From NCBI GenBank assembly GCA_947629375.1, contig CANRDN010000009.1, forward strand, positions 209 through 64,208: a DNA stretch of 64,000 bases, in the 5' to 3' direction. Shown here piece by piece: positions 1 to 8,150 of this stretch (positions are counted from its first letter, which is position 1; each line of letters begins with the position of its first letter). The notes under the pieces were generated by a model that was not told where the DNA came from, ran no database searches, and saw nothing but the letters and a program-made list of their open reading frames with translations. Position numbers and translations under genes: made by a program. Origin of the DNA: an uncultured Bacilli bacterium (GTDB taxonomy: Bacteria > Bacillota_I > Bacilli_A > RF39 > UBA660).

Positions 1-103
1 AAGAATTTATGATATTAGGACAATTTCCTTTAAAAATTACCAAAAATGTCGATTTGTTTTAGTACTTTTCCTATGGTAAATTACCTAGCGAAAGGAGGAA
101 AAA

Positions 104-439
104 ATGCTAAATCAAGTCGTTTTAGTTGGAAGATTGGTTAAAGATCCTGAACTTGTTGAAAAAGAAACCAACAAAAAAATGTCTAGAATAACTATTGCCA
201 TTCCTAGAAGTTTTAAAAATATGAATGGGGAATATGAAAGTGATTTTATCAACTGCATTTTATGGGATTCTGTTGCTAAGTCTACTGTTGAGTATTGTAA
301 AAAAGGAGATATAGTAGGTATAAAAGGAAGAATTCAAAGTCGTACAGTGGAAACTGATGAAGAGAAAAAATATTATGTTGATGTAATTGCAGAAAGAGTG
401 ACGTTCTTATCAAGTAAAAGTAAAGACGATAAAGAATAG
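104..439 (+). CDS. ssb: single-stranded DNA-binding protein, short SsbB-like form (111 aa)
   Basis: OB-fold SSB pattern MLNQVVLVGRLVKDPEL...CILWD...GRIQSR. AGGAGG RBS upstream. The C-terminus ...SKSKDDKE lacks the usual acidic-aromatic tail. Confidence 0.85.
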   Translation: MLNQVVLVGRLVKDPELVEKETNKKMSRITIAIPRSFKNMNGEYESDFINCILWDSVAKSTVEYCKKGDIVGIKGRIQSRTVETDEEKKYYVDVIAERVTFLSSKSKDDKE

Positions 440-542
440 TCTTCTTTTTTTTATTAAAAAGTTTGCTATTAGTTAACTTTAAACAAAACAAATTACTATT
501 TCAATATAATGAATTTATGTTGAAAGTGGTGAGGTTATGGTA

Positions 543-893
543 ATGTTTGGTAAAAGGCTTAAAGAATTAAGAAAGTCTGCTGGACTAACTCAACAACAAT
601 TAGGAGAACAATTAAATGTAACAAAAGTAAGTATTTGTAGCTATGAAAATGGTACTAGAATGGCATCAATTGAAACTCTTGTGGACATTGCTAATCTTTT
701 TAGAGTAGACTTAGATTATTTAATTGGAACTGATACTTATGTGGTAAGTGATAATAGTGAAGAATATGGAATAAGGATGTCAAAAGAAGAAATATATTTG
801 ATTAAAGAATTAAGAAAACATTCATCATTATATAGCAGTTTACTAGAAGATCCTAAAAGAACAATTGAACTAATAGAGAAAAAAGTACACTAA
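543..893 (+). CDS. XRE-family helix-turn-helix transcriptional regulator
   Basis: MFGKRLKELRKSAGLTQQQLGEQLNVTKVSICSYENGTR is a classic Cro/C1 HTH. The ATG at 543 has better spacing to the GGTGAGG RBS than the track start at 537. Confidence 0.8.
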   Translation: MFGKRLKELRKSAGLTQQQLGEQLNVTKVSICSYENGTRMASIETLVDIANLFRVDLDYLIGTDTYVVSDNSEEYGIRMSKEEIYLIKELRKHSSLYSSLLEDPKRTIELIEKKVH

Positions 894-918
894 CATATTT
901 TATAATATGTTTTTTTCT
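892..918 (+). terminator. intrinsic terminator after the XRE gene
   Basis: AACATAT / ATATGTT stem followed by a T-run. Confidence 0.45.
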
Positions 919-937
919 TTAAAATTAAAAAAATGTA

Positions 938-946
938 TGCTATAAT
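938..946 (+). promoter_or_regulatory. extended -10 promoter element (TGcTATAAT) for pdp
   Basis: TGCTATAAT lies about 25 nt upstream of the pdp start. Confidence 0.4.
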
Positions 947-971
947 TAACTCATAATAGGAGGGGTGCCTT

Positions 972-2204
972 ATGAATATTATTGATGTAATCGATAAAAA
1001 AAGAAATAAAGAAACACTTACAAGAGAAGAATTGGAGTTTGCTTTTAATGGTTATTTAAATAAAGAAGTACAGGACTATCAGATGTCTTCTTTACTTATG
1101 GCAATAACTATTAATGGTATGACTGATCAGGAAGTATTTGATTTAGTAGATATATATATTAAGAGTGGAGAAGTTCTTGACTTATCATCTATCCCTGGAG
1201 TTAAAGTTGATAAGCACTCTACAGGTGGAGTAGGAGATAAAACAACATTAGTAGTTGTACCAATCGTTGCTTCTTTAGGATTAATAGTACCTAAGATGAG
1301 TGGAAGAGGCTTAGGTCTTACTGGTGGAACAATTGATAAACTAGAAAGTATCCCAGGATTTAGAGTAGAAGCTACTAAAGAGCAAATATTAAAAGAGTTA
1401 AATGATATTGGAATGATTATTTGTAGTCAAACAGAAAGCTTAGTTCCCCTTGATAAAATAGTTTACTCATTAAGAGATGTATCAGGTACAGTTGAATCAA
1501 TTCCTTTAATTGCTGCCAGCGTTATGAGTAAGAAGATAGCAAGTGGAGCAGATAAAATCTTAATTGATATTAAATGTGGTAACGGAGCTTTAATGAAAGA
1601 TGAAAAATCTGCAAGAGAGTTAAGAGATTTGTTAATTAGAATTGGTAATAACTACAATAAAGAAGTAAGATGCTTAATATCAGATATGAATACGCCACTT
1701 GGAGTATGCGTAGGTAATGCTTTGGAAGTTGCTGAAGCTGCTGAACTTCTAGATGGTAAAGTTAAAAATAATTTGTACGATTTATGTGTAGACATAGCTA
1801 GCAATATGGTAAGTATGGGTAAAGATATATCTATAATTGATGCTAGAGAACAAGTACTTGACGCTATAAATTCTAAAAAAGCATTAGAAAAATTTAATCA
1901 GTTTGTTGAATATCAAGGTGGAAGCCTAGAAGATATGAGAATAAGTGATAATAAATTAGAAGTTAAATCTCCAAAGAGTGGTGTGATAACTGGAATAAAT
2001 GCTTTAAAAGTAAGTGTTGTTTCAAATGCTCTTGGAAGTGGAAAAGCTTATATAGATGATAATATCGATTATAGTGTTGGTGTATTTTTAAATAAACAAA
2101 TTGGTGAACGAGTAAAAGAAGGAGATACATTGTGCACTATCTACTATAATAAGGAAGAAAACGATTATGGCATCTTAGATGCATATACAATTGAAGAAAA
2201 ATAA
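972..2204 (+). CDS. pdp: pyrimidine-nucleoside (thymidine) phosphorylase
   Basis: KHSTGGVGDKT phosphate-binding motif, SGRGLGLTGGTIDKLESIPG, and family-typical length and order. Confidence 0.9.
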   Translation: MNIIDVIDKKRNKETLTREELEFAFNGYLNKEVQDYQMSSLLMAITINGMTDQEVFDLVDIYIKSGEVLDLSSIPGVKVDKHSTGGVGDKTTLVVVPIVASLGLIVPKMSGRGLGLTGGTIDKLESIPGFRVEATKEQILKELNDIGMIICSQTESLVPLDKIVYSLRDVSGTVESIPLIAASVMSKKIASGADKILIDIKCGNGALMKDEKSARELRDLLIRIGNNYNKEVRCLISDMNTPLGVCVGNALEVAEAAELLDGKVKNNLYDLCVDIASNMVSMGKDISIIDAREQVLDAINSKKALEKFNQFVEYQGGSLEDMRISDNKLEVKSPKSGVITGINALKVSVVSNALGSGKAYIDDNIDYSVGVFLNKQIGERVKEGDTLCTIYYNKEENDYGILDAYTIEEK

Positions 2205-2206
2205 AA

Positions 2207-2229
2207 AGGGCTCACAAATCGTGAGTTCT
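2207..2229. terminator. weak bidirectional hairpin between convergent pdp and the M15 peptidase gene
   Basis: AGGGCTCAC-aaatc-GTGAGTTCT (includes G-U pairs), flanked by A-runs and T-runs. Confidence 0.35.
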
Positions 2230-3171
2230 TTATTTGTCTAAGAATCTTACAAAATATTCTTCATAAGTCATTGGGTGTTCTTTAATATAAGTAGCTATTT
2301 CAACACCAACATAACGATAGTGCCAAGGTTCGTCCTTATAACCAGTTATAAATTCATTAGCTTTAGTATATCTTAAGATAAAGCCATATTTGTAGCAATT
2401 TTCTTGCATCCAATTGAATTCTTTACTTAAACCAAAACTAGTGTATGAAAGATTGGCATTGTCGATATCAGCAGCAAGCCCTGTTTGATGTTCTGAATAA
2501 CCAGCTCTTGCAGAATAAGTATCAGCGGCAGCTTTTCCATCCTGGTTAACATAGTTATTATAAAGACCTTGTTGATAACTATAACTTCTATAAGTTGAAA
2601 CTGCCCTTATTGTATATCCTTCTTTTTTAGCATCATTTGCCATACGCTCGAAAGCTTCAGCAGCATCTTTTTGTAAGTATAGTTCTCTTGCTGAATTAGC
2701 ACTGCTTATTTTAACTAAATCTTTAGGAACATAATTTTCACCTAAAAAGTAAAACTTATTTGTAATAACTTTATTAGTATCTTTAAAAGGACTATCTTTT
2801 CTATTAGTGTAAAACTCTTGGTCTAATCCAATATTTACATAAACGACAACTGTTTCATCGTCCAAATTTGGATTCTTTTCTTTATATGCAATATATCTAT
2901 CAAGATTTTCCATTTTAAAGAAATCTAATTTTTCATTGATATTATTTAACTTTTCTAGTTTTATTTCTTCCTCGGTTTTTTCTTTAACTATTTCTTTATC
3001 TTTTCCCTCATTCTGATTCTCATCAGTTCCTTTTACTTCTTCTTTATCTTTTGCTTTATTATCGCTTTTAAAAGGATTGATTATTATAACGCCTACAACT
3101 ATTAAAATAACTGCTAAAAGAATATCTGCTAACAAAAATAGATTCTTTTTCTTTTTACCTTTCTTTGCCAT
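2230..3171 (-). CDS. VanY-like D-alanyl-D-alanine carboxypeptidase (peptidase M15B), membrane anchored
   Basis: N-terminal TM segment; zinc-ligand motifs SEHQTGLAADI and EPWHYRYVG. The ATG at 3171 follows a GAGGTG RBS; the track start at 3177 is a GTG inside the RBS. Confidence 0.8.
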   Translation of the reverse strand: MAKKGKKKKNLFLLADILLAVILIVVGVIIINPFKSDNKAKDKEEVKGTDENQNEGKDKEIVKEKTEEEIKLEKLNNINEKLDFFKMENLDRYIAYKEKNPNLDDETVVVYVNIGLDQEFYTNRKDSPFKDTNKVITNKFYFLGENYVPKDLVKISSANSARELYLQKDAAEAFERMANDAKKEGYTIRAVSTYRSYSYQQGLYNNYVNQDGKAAADTYSARAGYSEHQTGLAADIDNANLSYTSFGLSKEFNWMQENCYKYGFILRYTKANEFITGYKDEPWHYRYVGVEIATYIKEHPMTYEEYFVRFLDK

Positions 3172-3236
3172 ATTCACCTCTAATATAATTATAACATAAT
3201 TGATTCATTAAAATCATATTTTTTAATGGAGGTAAT

Positions 3237-4382
3237 ATGAAAAAAATATTTGTTTTTACATGTTTATTTTTGCTATTTTTTACTAATACAAGTTTAGTAT
3301 TTGCACAAAATGAAGATAATCTTTTAAAAAATGCTAAGGCTGGAATTCTTGTAGAAGTGTCAACTGGAGAAATCCTTTATGAGAAAAATAAGGATGAAAG
3401 ATTGTCAATCGCATCTCTAACTAAGATGATGGTGCAAATCCTTGTCTTGGAAAAAATAGAAGATAAAACAATTAAATGGAATGATATCGTGACAGCAAGC
3501 GCTAATGCATCTGGTATGGGTGGAACCCAAATATGGTTATCAGCTGGTGAGAAGATGAGTGTTGAAGACCTATTTAAAGGAATGAGTATTGCAAGTGCAA
3601 ATGATGCGACAGTAGCTTTAGCTGAATATATTGCAGGAACAGAACAAGCTTTTGTTAAACTTATGAATGAGAAAGCTAAAAAATTAGGCTTAAAAAATAC
3701 TAACTTTGTAAACTCTACAGGACTTGATGAAGAAGGAAACTATTCTAGTGCCTACGATTTATCGATAATTGCAAGAGAATTATTAAAACACGAAGAAATA
3801 CTTCGATTTTCATCTTTATATGAAGATTACATAAGAACTGATACTCCAAATAAATATTGGTTAGTCAACACAAATAAATTAGTAAGATTTTATGAAGGAG
3901 CAGATGGACTTAAAACAGGATTTACAGATGATGCAATGTACACGATGGCAGTTACTGCTAAAAGAGATGATTTAAGATTAGTGGCAATCGTCCTTGGAGA
4001 AAACGAAAGCAAAGTAAGGAATAATGAAACGATGGAACTACTTGATTATGGATTCGATAACTATAAACTTGATTTAATAAAACCTAAGGGTGAAGTAGTT
4101 AAAACAGTAAAATTAGATAAAGCTACTAAAGATACAGTCGATATCAAATTAAAAGATGACTTAAGTATCTTAAATAAAAAAATAGATAAAAGTATAAAGT
4201 ACGATTTTGAAATAAAAATAGATGATATACAATTACCACTTAAAAGTGGAGAAAAAGTAGGGCATATAGATCTTCTTTATAACAACAAAGTAGTAAAAAG
4301 TAGTGACTTAATAGTAGAAGATAATGTCAGTAAAATTAATTATTTCAAATACATAGTTAAAGAATTAAAAAATTTATTTTAA
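3237..4382 (+). CDS. serine-type D-Ala-D-Ala carboxypeptidase (peptidase S11, PBP5/DacA-like)
   Basis: Signal peptide plus SxxK (SLTK), SxN (SAND) and KTG (KTGFT) motifs. Confidence 0.85.
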   Translation: MKKIFVFTCLFLLFFTNTSLVFAQNEDNLLKNAKAGILVEVSTGEILYEKNKDERLSIASLTKMMVQILVLEKIEDKTIKWNDIVTASANASGMGGTQIWLSAGEKMSVEDLFKGMSIASANDATVALAEYIAGTEQAFVKLMNEKAKKLGLKNTNFVNSTGLDEEGNYSSAYDLSIIARELLKHEEILRFSSLYEDYIRTDTPNKYWLVNTNKLVRFYEGADGLKTGFTDDAMYTMAVTAKRDDLRLVAIVLGENESKVRNNETMELLDYGFDNYKLDLIKPKGEVVKTVKLDKATKDTVDIKLKDDLSILNKKIDKSIKYDFEIKIDDIQLPLKSGEKVGHIDLLYNNKVVKSSDLIVEDNVSKINYFKYIVKELKNLF

Positions 4383-4387
4383 AAATA

Positions 4388-4416
4388 TTGATTTTTATTT
4401 TAAATCATAGTAATAT
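4388..4416 (+). promoter_or_regulatory. sigma-A type promoter TTGATT-17 nt-TAATAT
   Basis: The -35 and -10 hexamers have 17-nt spacing and sit upstream of the small leader ORF and rel. Confidence 0.45.
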
Positions 4417-4446
4417 TAATACAATTATTTAGTGAGGCAGTTTTGT

Positions 4447-4563
4447 ATGATTGAGTTTTTATTAGATAATTGGTTGAAAAAAATAAATATTTTGAAGATT
4501 AGATTTATGCATAAAATTAAAATAAATGATTGCTTTAAAATGGCTTTAATATTGAGCTCGTAA
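4447..4563 (+). CDS. candidate 38-aa leader peptide / small ORF (MIEFLLDNWLKKINILKIRFMHKIKINDCFKMALILSS)
   Basis: GAGG sits 9 nt upstream of the ATG. The stop codon lies inside the 5-prime arm of the terminator at 4556-4596. It is below the ORF-track length cutoff. Confidence 0.2.
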   Translation: MIEFLLDNWLKKINILKIRFMHKIKINDCFKMALILSS

Positions 4564-4596
4564 ATTTCTATATAGATTTTTACGGGCTTTTTGTTT
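4556..4596 (+). terminator. intrinsic terminator / possible attenuator upstream of rel
   Basis: GCTCGTAAA-14 nt loop-TTTACGGGC stem followed by TTTTTGTTTT. Confidence 0.55.
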
Positions 4597-4655
4597 TAAG
4601 TGAAAAAAATTAAGCTTATATAAGTCTGTGTTGTACCAAGAAAGGAGTGAATGTT

Positions 4656-6095
4656 ATGAATCAAATTACTTTAAATGATTTATTATCCAATGTAAAATCA
4701 TATAACGAAAATGGTATTGAAATGATTAAAAAAGCTTATAGTTGTGCTGAAAAGTTGCATTCTGGCCAGTTAAGACAAAGTGGGGAACCATATATCATCC
4801 ATCCATTAAATGTTGCTTACATTCTATCTGAAATGCACGCTGATACAGATACAATATGTGCTGCTTTATTACACGATACTTTGGAAGATACCGACATCAC
4901 TAAAGAGGAAATTGTTCAAGAGTTCAATAAAGATGTAGCAAACTTAGTCGATGGAGTAACTAAAATAAGTAAATTGAATTTCTCTTCTAAAAATGATGAA
5001 AATGTTGCTAACACGAGAAAAATCATTACAGGTCTTACGAGTGATGCAAGAATAATAATCATAAAGTTAGCTGATAGATTGCACAATATGAGAACATTGC
5101 AGTATAAATCAGAATTTAAACAAAAAGAAAACGCTATGGAAACTATGGATATATTTGTTCCTCTTGCATATTTTATTGGGGCATACAGATTGAAATCAGA
5201 GTTAGAAGACTTGTCTTTTAAATATTTATATCCAGATAAATATAAGCAAATTGAAAACATAAAGACAAAAGTAGAAGAAAGCAGTAAGGAAAGTTTAAAT
5301 GAAATGGCTGAAACAATAAGTGAAACCTTAAGTGACAATAAGATTATAAATAATTTGAAGATAAGAACTAAAAACATATATGGTATATATAAAAGATTAA
5401 ATGAAGGATACAAACTATCTGATATTCACGATTTATTTGCTCTAAAAATAATTGTTAATGATGTAAATTCCTGCTACCAAACTTTAGGATTAGTTCACCA
5501 AAAGTATCATCCGATAAACGATAAATTTAAAGATTATATTTGTAATCCAAAGACAAATTTGTATAGAAGTTTACATACGACTGTTTTTGGACCTGATGAA
5601 AGACTCATTCAAACTCAAATAAGAACATTCGATATGGATAAAATTGCTTCTTTTGGATTAACTGCCTATTGGGATATTGGAAAAGGAAATAGTAGAGATG
5701 CAATGCAAGAAGAACTAAAAGAAAAGTATCAATTTTTTAATTCACTTGTTGAAATTAATAAAATGTTTTCTGATAATCAAGAATTTGTTAGGAGAGTAAA
5801 GTCAGAATTATTTGCTGACAAGATATATGTTTATACTACAAAAGGAGAAATTATAGAACTTCCAAAAGGAGCAACAGCAATAGATTTTGCTTATAAAATT
5901 CATTCAGATATTGGAAATACGATGGTAGGAGCTGTTGTTAACAATAAACTAGTACCACCAGAATATGTTCTTCATAACAAGGATAGAGTTAGAATTGTCA
6001 CAGATATAATGTCATATGGACCAAGAGAAGAATGGATTGATGTAGTTAAAACTTCAGGAGCAAAAGAAAAAATAAAAAGATTTAATAAAAAATAA
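4656..6095 (+). CDS. rel: RelA/SpoT homologue (HD hydrolase + synthetase-like + TGS domains), C-terminally truncated (479 aa)
   Basis: HD motifs HSGQLRQSGEPYIIHP, LLHDTLEDT and ADRLHNMRTL. Synthetase-like RTKNIYGIYKRL, DLFALKIIV and KDYICNPKTNLYRSLHTTV. TGS segment IYVYTTKGEIIELPKGATAIDFAYKIH. The ATG at 4656 lies 8 nt after the AAAGGAG RBS. Confidence 0.85.
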   Translation: MNQITLNDLLSNVKSYNENGIEMIKKAYSCAEKLHSGQLRQSGEPYIIHPLNVAYILSEMHADTDTICAALLHDTLEDTDITKEEIVQEFNKDVANLVDGVTKISKLNFSSKNDENVANTRKIITGLTSDARIIIIKLADRLHNMRTLQYKSEFKQKENAMETMDIFVPLAYFIGAYRLKSELEDLSFKYLYPDKYKQIENIKTKVEESSKESLNEMAETISETLSDNKIINNLKIRTKNIYGIYKRLNEGYKLSDIHDLFALKIIVNDVNSCYQTLGLVHQKYHPINDKFKDYICNPKTNLYRSLHTTVFGPDERLIQTQIRTFDMDKIASFGLTAYWDIGKGNSRDAMQEELKEKYQFFNSLVEINKMFSDNQEFVRRVKSELFADKIYVYTTKGEIIELPKGATAIDFAYKIHSDIGNTMVGAVVNNKLVPPEYVLHNKDRVRIVTDIMSYGPREEWIDVVKTSGAKEKIKRFNKK

Positions 6096-6155
6096 AAAAA
6101 TTTTTACATATTTTCCTTAAAAAAAGTAAATTTATATTTTTACTTTTTTTATTTG

Positions 6156-6164
6156 TGTTATAAT
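6156..6164 (+). promoter_or_regulatory. extended -10 promoter element TGTTATAAT
   Basis: TGTTATAAT lies 27 nt upstream of the ATG at 6192. This motif recurs before many genes in the window. Confidence 0.4.
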
Positions 6165-6191
6165 TATAGGTAGAATATGGAGGTCTACATT

Positions 6192-7160
6192 ATGACAGTT
6201 GATGATACTAAACCTACTAAATTAGGGGAAACTAGAAAAATAGCAATTGTATATCCAGATCACGTAATTCATCCAATTATTGCGGAATATGTTCAAATGA
6301 CAGAAGATGGAAAATATATTTTAAATTATGTAGATTTATATAAAAGTAGATGTACACCAAGTTATACTGAATTATCTTTTATAAATGGAGAATGGGCAAA
6401 ATGTCCTTTTCATAAGAGTTACGATGAGTACAAATTTAAAATATTTGATCAAACATTAAGTGATGATATTATAAAACAATTACCAGAAAATTTATTCTTC
6501 AGAATTTTAATTAAAGATAGTAATAAGGAATACGAGTTGCGTGAAAAAAGAGATACTCAAGAAGATATTAATAAAACACTTGGGGCAAAAGTAGTGGGTA
6601 ATTCACCACTTGAACAAACACATTTCCTTTATATGGTATTACCTGTAAATGATAAAGAAAGTTCAATAAGAAAAAATGCCGATGGAGTAGAATATAATTT
6701 TGAGATGCCTTTCCCAATATTTACATTACCATATGAAGTATCACATAATGCTTATGAATCAACTTCTTATGATGATATTAACTGTGACTTGATATTTGAT
6801 CAATATGAATATTCGAGAGGGGAAGTACCAGAAAGTGTCAGAAAAGCTGTTCAAGAGTTCTTAAAAAATAGACCTGGAGAAACATTTGACATTAGAAGCT
6901 TACCAATATTTGAACATACTGAACCTAATGGGGTTAAATATGTAATTTGTTTCGTTTCTTGTGCTGATATTAAAAAATATGATGATTTGTTCAATGCTGA
7001 AAGTGTTGCAACTGATAAAGATATGCCTTATCCATTCTTGTACGATGCTGATTTAGAAGCAGCAATTCACGATGAAATACCTTGTGCAATTACAAGAACA
7101 GATGGTAAAGTAGTATATAATGATGTAAGACACGAAGCATCAAATAAAGCAAAATACTAA
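6192..7160 (+). CDS. hypothetical protein (322 aa), no recognisable domain
   Basis: Long ORF with its own promoter and terminator. The GGAGG RBS at 6179-6183 favours the ATG at 6192 over the track start at 6177. Confidence 0.6.
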   Translation: MTVDDTKPTKLGETRKIAIVYPDHVIHPIIAEYVQMTEDGKYILNYVDLYKSRCTPSYTELSFINGEWAKCPFHKSYDEYKFKIFDQTLSDDIIKQLPENLFFRILIKDSNKEYELREKRDTQEDINKTLGAKVVGNSPLEQTHFLYMVLPVNDKESSIRKNADGVEYNFEMPFPIFTLPYEVSHNAYESTSYDDINCDLIFDQYEYSRGEVPESVRKAVQEFLKNRPGETFDIRSLPIFEHTEPNGVKYVICFVSCADIKKYDDLFNAESVATDKDMPYPFLYDADLEAAIHDEIPCAITRTDGKVVYNDVRHEASNKAKY

Positions 7161-7185
7161 GATTGGGTAATCCAATCTTTTTTTA
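7160..7185 (+). terminator. intrinsic terminator
   Basis: AGATTGG-gtaat-CCAATCT followed by T7. Confidence 0.6.
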
Positions 7186-7235
7186 CACTCGTTGACAACA
7201 TTTTGTTTTTGAAATTTACTAATTTATCTTTGGTG

Positions 7236-7244
7236 TGTTATAAT
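7236..7244 (+). promoter_or_regulatory. extended -10 promoter element TGTTATAAT
   Basis: TGTTATAAT upstream of the SDR gene. Confidence 0.4.
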
Positions 7245-7322
7245 TCAAATGTAAGGATAGAGAAAGTATTTAAAAAAATATGGAGTATCTTTATATAAAA
7301 GTATTAATATAGGAGGATTTAA

Positions 7323-8063
7323 ATGTTAGAAGGAAAGGTAGCAATTGTAACAGGTGGTACTAGAGGTATCGGTTATGCAATTGTTAAAAAGTTTTTAAAT
7401 AATGGTGCTAAAGTAGTTTTCTTTGGTTCAAGACAAGAGACAGTTGACAAAGCACTTGCTTCTTTAAAAGAAGAAAATGCAAACTATGATGTAATGGGTC
7501 TTTTCCCTAATCTAAGTAGTGAGGAAGAAGTAAGAAAAGCATTCGAAGAAGTAAAAAATAAATATGGAAAGATTGATGTTTTAGTTAACAATGCTGGGAT
7601 GTCTAGCAGAACACCATTTGATCAACATACAATGGAAGAGTATGACAAAGTAATGGATTTAAATGTAAGAGCTGTTTATACTTGTTCAAGAGTTGCAGTT
7701 GATTATATGAAAGAAAAAGGTGGAGTAATAATTAATACAAGCTCAATGGTTAGTATTTATGGACAACCTAGTGGTGTAATGTATCCTGCTAGTAAGTTCG
7801 CTGTAAATGGTATTACAAAGTCGCTTGCTCGTGAACTTGGTAAATATAACATTAGAGTAAACGCAGTAGCACCAGGTGTTACAGAAACAGATATGGTTAA
7901 AGAATTACCAAAAGAAATGGTAGAACCACTTTTAAGAACAATACCTCTTGGAAGAATTGGAAAACCAGAAGAAGTTGCAGATGCCTTTGTATTCTTAGCA
8001 AGTGATATGGCAAGTTATGTAACTGGTGAAATATTATCAGTTGACGGGGCTGCAAGAAATTAA
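7323..8063 (+). CDS. short-chain dehydrogenase/reductase, FabG-like 3-oxoacyl reductase
   Basis: TGGTRGIG cofactor motif, NNAG, and YPASK (YxxxK) catalytic motif. Confidence 0.85.
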   Translation: MLEGKVAIVTGGTRGIGYAIVKKFLNNGAKVVFFGSRQETVDKALASLKEENANYDVMGLFPNLSSEEEVRKAFEEVKNKYGKIDVLVNNAGMSSRTPFDQHTMEEYDKVMDLNVRAVYTCSRVAVDYMKEKGGVIINTSSMVSIYGQPSGVMYPASKFAVNGITKSLARELGKYNIRVNAVAPGVTETDMVKELPKEMVEPLLRTIPLGRIGKPEEVADAFVFLASDMASYVTGEILSVDGAARN

Positions 8064-8079
8064 AATAAAAATTTAAAGT

Positions 8080-8112
8080 AAGAGGTAAACATAAGTTTAC
8101 TTCTTTAATTTT
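8080..8112 (+). terminator. intrinsic terminator
   Basis: AAGAGGTAAAC-ataa-GTTTACTTCTT stem followed by a T-rich tract. Confidence 0.55.
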
Positions 8113-8150
8113 ATAAAATGGGTTATAATATTATTAAGAAAGGAAATATT

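Noticed and set aside
1-900. Prophage or ICE boundary suggested by SSB plus an XRE repressor
   Set aside because: No integrase, recombinase, replication or structural genes follow. The next genes are housekeeping, and composition is uniform. This cannot be assessed upstream of the window.
4916-5413. 165-aa antisense ORF inside rel, with similar antisense ORFs at 282-491, 11331-11555, 13182-13457, 25400-25834, 37565-37932, 38874-39155, 46347-46577, 48515-48814, 49334-49672, 58890-59312 and 61098-61313
   Set aside because: These are typical shadow ORFs opposite A/G-rich coding strands in AT-rich DNA. They have low-complexity S/F/L/I-rich translations, no RBS, and are embedded in genes with clear family signatures.
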